This document shows positions 31,476 to 38,866 of a stretch of 38,866 nucleotides of DNA, in pieces. How positions within the stretch are numbered: position 1 is the first letter of the stretch; every line of letters begins with the position of its first letter. The notes beneath the pieces were generated by a model. It was not told where the DNA came from, searched no databases, and was given only the letters and a program-made list of their open reading frames with translations. Both the position numbers and the translations under genes were made by a program. Location: positions 1 to 38,866 of the IMG/VR virus record IMGVR_UViG_3300010411_000004, one strand, 5' to 3'. Source of the stretch: a virus.

Positions 31476-33053
31476 ATGGGCCGGATACCGATTGATTTGA
31501 GAGTGGACTACAGCCAGCGCAATCCGGAACCGACTTCGGTACCGGGTGATTTTGGCATGGGGCGTTTCCGGGCGGTGCAGGAACGAGCGGCGGTGATTGG
31601 CAAGATCGGCGGGCAGGTGGCGGACATTGCCACGGAGTATGCCGCCAAAAACAAGCAGGCCGATCTGCGGGCGGATAATCTGGCGTTCAATACGCAGTTG
31701 CAGTCCATCCAGTCCGATGCGTCTCAGCGGGCATCCCAAACCGATGATCCGAATGAAATCCGGCAGATTTGGGACGAAGCGCACAGCCGGATTGGCAGCT
31801 GGATAAGCGGTAAGAATGAAAAGGGTGTGCCAAATATCCGCTGGAACGATCAGCGCGGCGAGATGATCAGCGCCGGGGATGCACTCAAGAGCGGATTCCA
31901 AACGTCGGCCGAGCGGCGTATTGCCGAGGTGGGAAAGCGCAACAGCAACGCCAAAGCGATGCAGGCGCGTTATGACGGAAAAATGAGCGGGAATCCTGAC
32001 GGGATTATTCAGGGCGTCACCGTCATGCGGGAAAACGGAACCTATACGGCGGAAGAGGCTAAAATTCAGATGCAGGCCGATTTTGTTGAAATGGATATGA
32101 CGGTTGCCAAAAACAACATCGTTGCCATTGAGGGGATGGAGCCTGCCAAGGCGCTGGCGGCTTCGCTGGCGTTTGAAAAAGCCATGACCGTTAAAGAGAA
32201 AGACGGGAAGTGGAGCGCGTTTGAACACCTTCCGGATGGAAAGCGGTCTGATTTTGTGAATCAGGCGAAGAAAGCGGCGGCTGACTCACAGACGCGGTTT
32301 AAAGCGCAGCAGGCGGCTGCGCAGGCGCAGAGCAATGGGGCGGTGGTGGACTTCTTTGTGCAGAACGGCAGGGCTCCTACAGCATCGGAGCGCGCCGGTA
32401 TGGGATTGACGGCAGAAACAGTCCAGAGTTTGGAAAGCGGGCAGATTGAAAAGATCAGTCCGGAGCTGGAAGAACCGGCGGCGCTTCAGTTGCGGCAGGA
32501 AATGCTTGGATATAATCCGGCGGAGGATGTCGGGCGGGCGCAGCAGTTGGGTTGGGCGCGGCGGATTGAAGGATTTACTGATCCAGGCGTTAAGAAATTT
32601 CTGCGGGATAATTTGGAGCGCGCAACCACGACGGATGCAAATGATGTTGATAGTCGGGTAAAAACGCAGATTGAGGATGCGCTGGGGAAGGACTTTAAAA
32701 CCGGATGGGGGCATGGCTGGAGCAAAGACGAAAAGCTTATTCAAATTGATCTAGAGAAGTCGGTCTATGATCAGTGGGTAAAGAAAAATGATCCTTCTCC
32801 TGTTGAGCGTCTGCAATATACCACGACGGGGCGGTTTGCTGATTTAAAGAGAACGGATGATCTTCAGCGGTTCAAAACGACGCTTCAGCGGTCGTTTGCG
32901 GCTCCGGCGGAGTCTGGCATTGAGTCGGTGCGGCAGAAGGCGCAGGGGCAATATTCGCGCGGAATCATCCGGCAGATTGTCGGGGTTCGTCGGGTGAATG
33001 GCGTAGTGGTCGAGCGGGTGTATGACGACGGCACGCGCGAAGCGGTAAAGTGA
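31476..33053 (+). CDS. Internal virion protein (second, gp15-position)
   Basis: 525-aa helical protein between the first internal protein and the giant ORF. Confidence 0.7.
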   Translation: MGRIPIDLRVDYSQRNPEPTSVPGDFGMGRFRAVQERAAVIGKIGGQVADIATEYAAKNKQADLRADNLAFNTQLQSIQSDASQRASQTDDPNEIRQIWDEAHSRIGSWISGKNEKGVPNIRWNDQRGEMISAGDALKSGFQTSAERRIAEVGKRNSNAKAMQARYDGKMSGNPDGIIQGVTVMRENGTYTAEEAKIQMQADFVEMDMTVAKNNIVAIEGMEPAKALAASLAFEKAMTVKEKDGKWSAFEHLPDGKRSDFVNQAKKAAADSQTRFKAQQAAAQAQSNGAVVDFFVQNGRAPTASERAGMGLTAETVQSLESGQIEKISPELEEPAALQLRQEMLGYNPAEDVGRAQQLGWARRIEGFTDPGVKKFLRDNLERATTTDANDVDSRVKTQIEDALGKDFKTGWGHGWSKDEKLIQIDLEKSVYDQWVKKNDPSPVERLQYTTTGRFADLKRTDDLQRFKTTLQRSFAAPAESGIESVRQKAQGQYSRGIIRQIVGVRRVNGVVVERVYDDGTREAVK

Positions 33054-33056
33054 TTT

Positions 33057-33071
33057 TTCCAAACCTTGGAA
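33057..33071. repeat. TTCCAA-ACC-TTGGAA palindrome, perfect copy, intergenic
   Basis: Read directly. It lies between the stop at 33053 and the giant ORF ATG at 33086, and abuts the RBS region. Confidence 0.9.
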
Positions 33072-33085
33072 ACGGAGATTGAGGC

Positions 33086-36000
33086 ATGAAATTACCCGAA
33101 GGATTTGAGCCCGTTGTTTTACCCAAAGGATTTGAACCGGCGACGGCGGTGGATCAGCCCGATAGCAGTCCGGTTCCAGTGGCGGGCTGGGAGCATTTCT
33201 ACAAGTACGCCAAAAGCGGAAAGTATAATCCGGCGGAAGAGCGCAGCGGGTTTGTGCTGGGCGCGATTGAGGCGATGGGGATTGATGTGGGCGGTGTGCA
33301 GGATTGGACTCCGGAGCAATACAAAGAGCGCGATGCGCTAGAGATTGGAAGCCAGTTCACTCCTGGCGCGCCGCGGGCAGTCAGTCCGTTTGAGCAGATT
33401 TCAAAGACGGCTTTCGGGCGCTCGATGAGCATGGAGGATGCGGAGAAGGAACTGCTTGGGCGCATGGCGAAGATTTATGATGAAACACCCTTGCAGGAAT
33501 TCAACCGGCAGGATGTGCAGACGCAGCAGGATCAGGCGGCAAAAAGCGAAAACAAGCGCCGCAAATTTGGCCGGCAGACGGATGCCGGTCTGGGAACCAA
33601 TGAGCCTCGCCTGAATATGCCGGGGGTGGACTATACGCAGTTCACGAAGGATCAGCTTCCGCTTCAGCCTGCCGATCAGCCGGGCATGGCCGATGCGGTG
33701 GAGCGCGAGCGGATCGATCTGCTGCAGAAGTCGAACGGCGATTTATTCAAGCTGGCGCAGGGACAGCTGACGCGCAAAGAAGAGATGATTGGTCAAAGCA
33801 TGATCAATGCGGCGCGGGTCGGAAATGACGCCCTGCAGGATGTTGTGAATGCGCATGCGGATACCCTGCTTGAAATGGATTCGGATAGCTGGAGCTGGAT
33901 GCGGACGTATGTGATGACACAGATTCCGGCAGAGCAGGCAAACTTTGCACAGCGCATTCTTCCGTCGGCCACAGCGCAGCTTTCCAATCGTTGGAAAAAT
34001 ACCATTTATTCAGCCAAAACGCTGGGTGTAGACATGCTCGGACTGTCGAGCGATGCGGAGCGGATCGGGCGGGAGTCTGAAAGCCGTTTCCAAGGTTTGG
34101 AACTTTTTGACGAAGCGGGCAAGGTGCTGCCTGATCATGAGGAGAAGTTGCGCGAGATCATTCGCAAAGAGGTGGATGCAAATCGGATTGAGGGCGGGCT
34201 GGACAAAGCCTCGCGGCAGAAGATCGAGGATTATTATTTTCAGAACTTTTCAACGGTCATTTCTCCAGCGATGCGGCAGGCGAAGCTCGACCGGCTGAAA
34301 TACGGAGCCAAGGCGCTGGCGGATCCGCAGTATAATCAGCTTGACGGGTGGCAGGAATTAACGCTTTCGGCGATTGGTACCACGGTGGACATGGCAGCGC
34401 TGGCGCTGGTGTCGCGGATTCCAGTGGTCGGGTTTGGTCTGACGGTCGCCAGCACCTATGGCAGTTTTCAGGGTGATCTGGAGCAGAGGCTGGTGTATCA
34501 GAACGACATGCCGCTCTCTCAGGCGCGTCTGCTTTCCGGAATTGCGGCGGTTCCGTATGCGATGACGGAATACTCGCAGGCGTTCCATTTGGGTAAGGCA
34601 CCGAGTCTGCTGCCGTTCATCGGCGAAAAGAACGCCCCGCGCATCTTTATGCAGGCATTTGGCAACTATTATCGCCGGGCGGTCTGGCCGGAACTGCGCG
34701 AAGAGTACATTCAGGCGGGCATTGAATTTGCGGCCATGGAAACCGCGCGTGTTTTTTGCGATTCCAAAGGGATCACTTTTGATCAGAATATCAAAAGCGC
34801 GGTCAACGATGCGGTGCAGGCGACGTTTATTATGCCATTTGTAACAGGATTTGGTGGATTTGGTGTTAGTGCTGGCAAAGCAATCGGAGATGGGTCTTTG
34901 CGGTCGTTTATTCCTGAAGAACTGCGGCAGGCTGTGCGCGATGTACGCAGTCCGGTAGATGTCTATGAATCGGCGCAGAAGGCGCGGCGGGCGGTGCGGG
35001 CAATGGATGAGCTGGGAACGCGGCCAAATCAGTATCCGGCGAAGCTGACGGAAGCCGTCCGGCTTCTTGAACAGCAGGGGGAAGGAACGAAACCCGGCCA
35101 ATCGGTCATCACTCCGAAGCAGAATCCAGACGGGACTTGGGTGGATGTTGCTGAAAACTCTGAAGCACAGCTGATGAAGACGCTGGCGGAAGAGGGCTAT
35201 GAAGATCCGGCGAATGCGTTGGATGGTATTCGGGCGCAGATTCAGCTGGAGGATGCGGTGCAGGAACGGATTCAGGCCGGGGTGAAGCAGTACCAGGATC
35301 AGCTTTCTGCGCAGCTCGATCAGAATGATGACACGGATGTATCCGTTGGCCCGAAGATGGGGCTGGTGCAGGGGGCCATGCAGACCTATGGCGATGCGCT
35401 GGGTGTCAACACAGAGGTTTACAGCACGCAGGAAGAAGCGCTGGCGGCGCATCCGGAGCTGAAGGTTGCCAATGGTGAGAAAATCAAGGCCGTCAATCTA
35501 GATGGACGGCGGATTGTGATGGTGGAAGAGAATTTGACGGATTCCAAAGATGCTATGAGCCAGTGGTGGCACGAGGCGGGCGGGCATCGCGGTCTGGACA
35601 TTAACCCGAAGGCGCAGCGCTTCCTGGACGGTGTGAAGGATGAGCTGGGGATTGACTTCATCAAAAGCCAGATTCCGGCGTTTTATCACAATCAGTCGGA
35701 TGCTGAGATGGTGGGTGAATATCTCTCGCGGCTGGTGGGGCGTGCCGGGCAGAGCGGCGAGCTGGGCGCAACGGAGCAGGAAAAGGGCGTTTGGCAGCGT
35801 TTTAAGGATTGGGCGGGCACAGAGCTGGGGCTGGATATGCAAGAGAACGTGGCGGCGCGTAGCGTGGCGCGCACGGCCAAAGACATTCTGGCCTATGCCA
35901 AGGGGTTCGACGGACGTTATCCGGACGGTATGACCGTCAAGCTGGAGCGCAAAGCCTACACGCGGCAGGGCGGGCAGTGGGTCAACGAAAAGGGCCGGGC

Positions 36001-38866
36001 GGTCAAAGATGCTGGACTGGTCGAAACGATCCAAGCGGAAGCGGATGCGGCCGCGCAGAAGACGGAAGACAGAAGACGGAAGGCGGCAAAGGTAGAGGCC
36101 GATAAGCGGATTCAGGCGATGGCCGATTCCGATCCGATTATCAAGATGGTTTTGGAAGAGGGCGGAGTGCAGATGCCGGAAATGAAACCCGGCCAGCCGC
36201 TTCCGGACGAATATGCGGCGATTCCGCAACGCTTTCGCGGGAAGAAAGGGGCCGGGTTGGCGCTTGATGAGCTGGCCGATCAGGTCGCCGCGCTCAGCGG
36301 GCAAACGGCGGATTATTCCACGGATGAACTGCGGGCATATCTGGAAGCCTTCGAAACAAAGGCTGAAAAAATCATCAATCAGCAATCGTCGGCCGGAAAT
36401 TCCAGCGAGGAACAGCTGTTGGCTGACCAGCTGGAGCGCGGTGAGATTTCAGAGTCTGAGTTTCATGCGGCCATGAATGAGCTGACAAGGTTCTCGGTGG
36501 AAGAGATGGCCCAAATCGGACCGGATAAATTTAATGAGCTTCTGGCTGATCCGCGCTATTCCATCGCGTGGGCTAGTGATCGATGGCAGGATGCAGTCCG
36601 CAATAGTATTGCCTTTGAAGATAAGCGGGTGCGGGTGTATAACGTCGACCGTGAAGGGGACGCACTCTATGAAACCCAAATCAAAAAATCTGGCAAGTGG
36701 GCGACCGTCCAATACGCGGACAATCTCGACGAAGCCAAAAACCCGGAGCCGCAAGTTACCGGATTTATCAATACCCTTGCCGACTACATCCAAGCCAAAA
36801 AGACCCTCGGAAAAGAGTGGTACGGCTCACAAGTCGCCGCCGGTTTATCCGACAACGACATTTTCGGGCTGGTTGACGGAATAGATCCTGCATCCGTTCG
36901 CATCAACTTCATTCCTCCGCCAACGTATGGCGACACGCCCACGCGCGGAGTTCAACGTGACGGTAAAATCATTGATATTTCTGAGGGGCGAAGTTCCTCC
37001 CATCTTTTAGCGGCCGAAGGTGACGTGCGGTTTTCTGTTACGCGGGAACAGTATTCCGCTCTGAGTCCGATTAAGTTGACCGGCAATGAAATCGGGGAAT
37101 TCAGCAACACCGGTAAAAAGTTTTCGGAACTGTTTGCCACAGTTGAGCAATGGGGAACAGAAAACGGACTGTTCGGTGCGCATCCTACGCCAGCACTTGG
37201 ACATGATGTGACCATTTCCAGAAACCATCTGCGCGGGAGCCTATCCAAAGGCGGCGCCGTCAATAAATTCCAGATGGTGGCGGCTCTTTCGGAGCTGTTG
37301 CAACATGCGATTTTATTGGAAGAGATGCCGAATTATAAAAACCCGACCACAACGGATTACATTCTTGCGGCAAAGGCAGATGTTGCCGGTGTTGTTTACA
37401 CGGTCGGGCTGGTGGTTCAAAAAAATTCAGGCGGACGGTATTTTTACAACCACGAGATGGCTGTAGAAGAAAAGGACGGCCAATCTCCGCCCGATCTCCC
37501 AAGAATCTCAACAAGGAATCTGACAGCGGAGGGCCGTCCAGAAGTCAATAAGATACTCCAGAAGCATCTGGGTGTCAACCGGGACAATACGATCCGTTTT
37601 TCGGTAGAGCAGGCGGAGGATCCGTATCAGGCAACGGCGGTTCATATTGCCTATCGGATTTTCAATGGCGATTTTCAGGTGAAACGGATTGCCAAGGGGA
37701 AGAACAAGGGGCAGATGGTGGCCCGCACGGAAGAAGAGCAGGCGGCTGAGGTATCGGCATTGCTGAAGAGTCAGGGGCTTTCTCCGTCGAAACCGGCGGT
37801 TCAGCAGGTGCTGGAGGATGCGCGGGCAGTAGCGCAGCAGGCGATTGTTCGTAAGCAGAGCCTGAAGACAAATCAGAGCGTTTCGAAGTTTATCCGCGAT
37901 GAGTCAACCCGGCAGTGGTTTAACCGGCAGGTGGAGGGGATCTACCGCGAAGGGCAAACCGGCGGTGCGCTGGCGCAGCAGGCGTTTGATGAAATTCGCC
38001 GCCAGCAGGAACGGGCGATGCAGACGCTTTTGACGACGCGCCCCGGCATGGGAACCGATGAGCTGCGTGAGTACAATCTGGATGTGCGCCGTCTTCTGGA
38101 CAAATTGGAACTGGAAGAAACGAAGCGGACGGTGAAGCCGAAACCGCTGACGGATCAGGAATTTGAGCAGGCGGTGGACGCGGGCACGCTTCCGGATTTT
38201 GGGGTGGATGGTTCGACCGGCACGATCTACAAGGCGGAAGTGGACGATTTCCTTTTCCGCATGAAGACAGCCGTGGTGCGTAAGCTGACTAAAGAGGGGG
38301 TTTTGGATCCCAAAAAAGACCTTCTCAAGTCGATGCGCTCGCCGGTGGCCGTGGCGGAATACCGCAAGACGCTGCAGAACGTGCTGGGGCATACCGCCTC
38401 TGAGCTTTCGTATGGATTCCGGCGCGATGTGCTGGAGCGCAAGATTCGCGGTCTGGATGATGCGAAGCTGATGAGCACATTGGATTCCAAGGCCGGAACG
38501 ATGTTGCAGCAGATGTTTGACGCGCGCGATCAGGAAACGCTGGATACGCAGGTAGAAAAGGTTTTCGAACTGACGAAACAGTTTGCCGGCCGCCTGAAGT
38601 ATCGGCTGGCGGAAACTTCGCAGGCGGTGCAGGTGCGGGCACTTAAGATGTTCCGGCAGATTCGTGGGGAAGCCTCTGGCAAGTCCGGCGTGCTTTTGAT
38701 GGAGCCGGATGCGGTGCAGGAGGAAATGGAACAGCTTCGCAAGGCGTTCGATGAGCCGGAGCGCTATGCTCCGGACGGTGCGGATGTGGCGGAGTGGGTG
38801 CAGGATGCGATTGACCGCTATAACATGTTGGATCGCTTTGGCGCGTTCAAATACAAGAAGGCAGCG
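33086..38866 (+). CDS. 5' part of the giant internal virion/ejection protein (about 2,681 aa in total with 100..2364)
   Basis: ATG 33086 follows GGAG. I translated the frame by hand and found 1,927 codons with no stop up to the window end. It is absent from the ORF track because it has no stop in the window. It contains a duplicated N-terminal LPEGFEP/LPKGFEP, TM-like helices near 34360..34870, and many coiled-coil regions. Confidence 0.9.
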   Translation, partial: MKLPEGFEPVVLPKGFEPATAVDQPDSSPVPVAGWEHFYKYAKSGKYNPAEERSGFVLGAIEAMGIDVGGVQDWTPEQYKERDALEIGSQFTPGAPRAVSPFEQISKTAFGRSMSMEDAEKELLGRMAKIYDETPLQEFNRQDVQTQQDQAAKSENKRRKFGRQTDAGLGTNEPRLNMPGVDYTQFTKDQLPLQPADQPGMADAVERERIDLLQKSNGDLFKLAQGQLTRKEEMIGQSMINAARVGNDALQDVVNAHADTLLEMDSDSWSWMRTYVMTQIPAEQANFAQRILPSATAQLSNRWKNTIYSAKTLGVDMLGLSSDAERIGRESESRFQGLELFDEAGKVLPDHEEKLREIIRKEVDANRIEGGLDKASRQKIEDYYFQNFSTVISPAMRQAKLDRLKYGAKALADPQYNQLDGWQELTLSAIGTTVDMAALALVSRIPVVGFGLTVASTYGSFQGDLEQRLVYQNDMPLSQARLLSGIAAVPYAMTEYSQAFHLGKAPSLLPFIGEKNAPRIFMQAFGNYYRRAVWPELREEYIQAGIEFAAMETARVFCDSKGITFDQNIKSAVNDAVQATFIMPFVTGFGGFGVSAGKAIGDGSLRSFIPEELRQAVRDVRSPVDVYESAQKARRAVRAMDELGTRPNQYPAKLTEAVRLLEQQGEGTKPGQSVITPKQNPDGTWVDVAENSEAQLMKTLAEEGYEDPANALDGIRAQIQLEDAVQERIQAGVKQYQDQLSAQLDQNDDTDVSVGPKMGLVQGAMQTYGDALGVNTEVYSTQEEALAAHPELKVANGEKIKAVNLDGRRIVMVEENLTDSKDAMSQWWHEAGGHRGLDINPKAQRFLDGVKDELGIDFIKSQIPAFYHNQSDAEMVGEYLSRLVGRAGQSGELGATEQEKGVWQRFKDWAGTELGLDMQENVAARSVARTAKDILAYAKGFDGRYPDGMTVKLERKAYTRQGGQWVNEKGRAVKDAGLVETIQAEADAAAQKTEDRRRKAAKVEADKRIQAMADSDPIIKMVLEEGGVQMPEMKPGQPLPDEYAAIPQRFRGKKGAGLALDELADQVAALSGQTADYSTDELRAYLEAFETKAEKIINQQSSAGNSSEEQLLADQLERGEISESEFHAAMNELTRFSVEEMAQIGPDKFNELLADPRYSIAWASDRWQDAVRNSIAFEDKRVRVYNVDREGDALYETQIKKSGKWATVQYADNLDEAKNPEPQVTGFINTLADYIQAKKTLGKEWYGSQVAAGLSDNDIFGLVDGIDPASVRINFIPPPTYGDTPTRGVQRDGKIIDISEGRSSSHLLAAEGDVRFSVTREQYSALSPIKLTGNEIGEFSNTGKKFSELFATVEQWGTENGLFGAHPTPALGHDVTISRNHLRGSLSKGGAVNKFQMVAALSELLQHAILLEEMPNYKNPTTTDYILAAKADVAGVVYTVGLVVQKNSGGRYFYNHEMAVEEKDGQSPPDLPRISTRNLTAEGRPEVNKILQKHLGVNRDNTIRFSVEQAEDPYQATAVHIAYRIFNGDFQVKRIAKGKNKGQMVARTEEEQAAEVSALLKSQGLSPSKPAVQQVLEDARAVAQQAIVRKQSLKTNQSVSKFIRDESTRQWFNRQVEGIYREGQTGGALAQQAFDEIRRQQERAMQTLLTTRPGMGTDELREYNLDVRRLLDKLELEETKRTVKPKPLTDQEFEQAVDAGTLPDFGVDGSTGTIYKAEVDDFLFRMKTAVVRKLTKEGVLDPKKDLLKSMRSPVAVAEYRKTLQNVLGHTASELSYGFRRDVLERKIRGLDDAKLMSTLDSKAGTMLQQMFDARDQETLDTQVEKVFELTKQFAGRLKYRLAETSQAVQVRALKMFRQIRGEASGKSGVLLMEPDAVQEEMEQLRKAFDEPERYAPDGADVAEWVQDAIDRYNMLDRFGAFKYKKAA
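33982..33996. repeat. TTCCAA-TCG-TTGGAA palindrome, perfect copy
   Basis: Read directly. It lies inside the giant ORF (codons LSNRWK). Confidence 0.9.
34088..34102. repeat. TTCCAA-GGT-TTGGAA palindrome, perfect copy
   Basis: Read directly. It lies inside the giant ORF (codons FQGLE). With flanks it is the reverse complement of the 33057 copy over 19 nt (TTCCAAACCTTGGAAACGG). Confidence 0.9.
38768..38866. repeat. Terminal redundancy copy 2, identical to 1..99
   Basis: Same 99-mer as 1..99. It lies in frame inside the giant ORF. Confidence 0.95.

Larger units (their letters stand above)
1..38866. mobile_element. Complete circularly permuted temperate phage genome, unique length about 38,767 bp
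   Basis: The ends share an exact 99-bp overlap. The window holds a full packaging, head, tail and internal-protein module, a lysis module, a serine integrase and early genes. One ORF is continuous across the junction. Confidence 0.85.

Noticed and set aside
35570-35587. WWHEAGGHRG in the giant protein as a zincin metalloprotease active site.
   Set aside because: The spacing is HExxxH, not the canonical HExxH. I could not identify a third ligand motif. It is left as unexplained.
1-38866. T7-like single-subunit RNA polymerase, DNA polymerase, primase/helicase, CRISPR arrays, tRNAs and rRNAs.
   Set aside because: No ORF shows the corresponding motifs and no repeat-spacer or cloverleaf structures were seen. 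Absence is by eye only.

Overview
The window is a complete, circularly permuted phage genome of about 38.77 kb. The first 99 bp are identical to the last 99 bp. Gene order and recognisable motifs indicate a temperate podovirus with a T7/BPP-1-type structural module: TerS, TerL, portal, scaffold, T7 gp10-like capsid, tail tubular A and B, then three internal virion proteins. The third internal protein is a giant ORF of about 2,681 aa. It runs off the right end of the window (33086..38866) and continues at the left end (1..2364). The supplied ORF track therefore shows only its last 781 aa. After it come four late proteins with canonical Sec signal peptides, one carrying a trypsin-like GDSGSP protease domain, and then an overlapped spanin pair and a terminator. 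A minus-strand lysogeny module (6355..8817) holds a large serine recombinase and three small zinc-ribbon or membrane proteins. It faces a plus-strand early region that opens with two ribbon-helix-helix proteins and three copies of the palindrome GGTGTT-A-AACACC. Recognisable early and middle genes are a PcfK-like/PcfJ-like pair, a MazG-like pyrophosphatase, a DUF5131 (Gp37/Gp68)-like CX3CX2C protein, a replisome-organiser-like protein with an internal AT-rich ori-like island, a T4 gp55-like late sigma candidate and a GroES-like co-chaperonin. I saw no DNA or RNA polymerase, helicase, primase, canonical endolysin, tRNA, rRNA, CRISPR array or reverse transcriptase. Two DNA-level signals stand out. 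The 15-bp palindrome TTCCAA-N3-TTGGAA occurs 8 times perfectly and at least 5 more times with one mismatch, in genes (three reading frames) and in intergenic DNA. An identical 14-mer, GGTTGCGTACATAG, lies upstream of three late transcription units. All family assignments are by-eye motif recognition and need HMM or structure confirmation.
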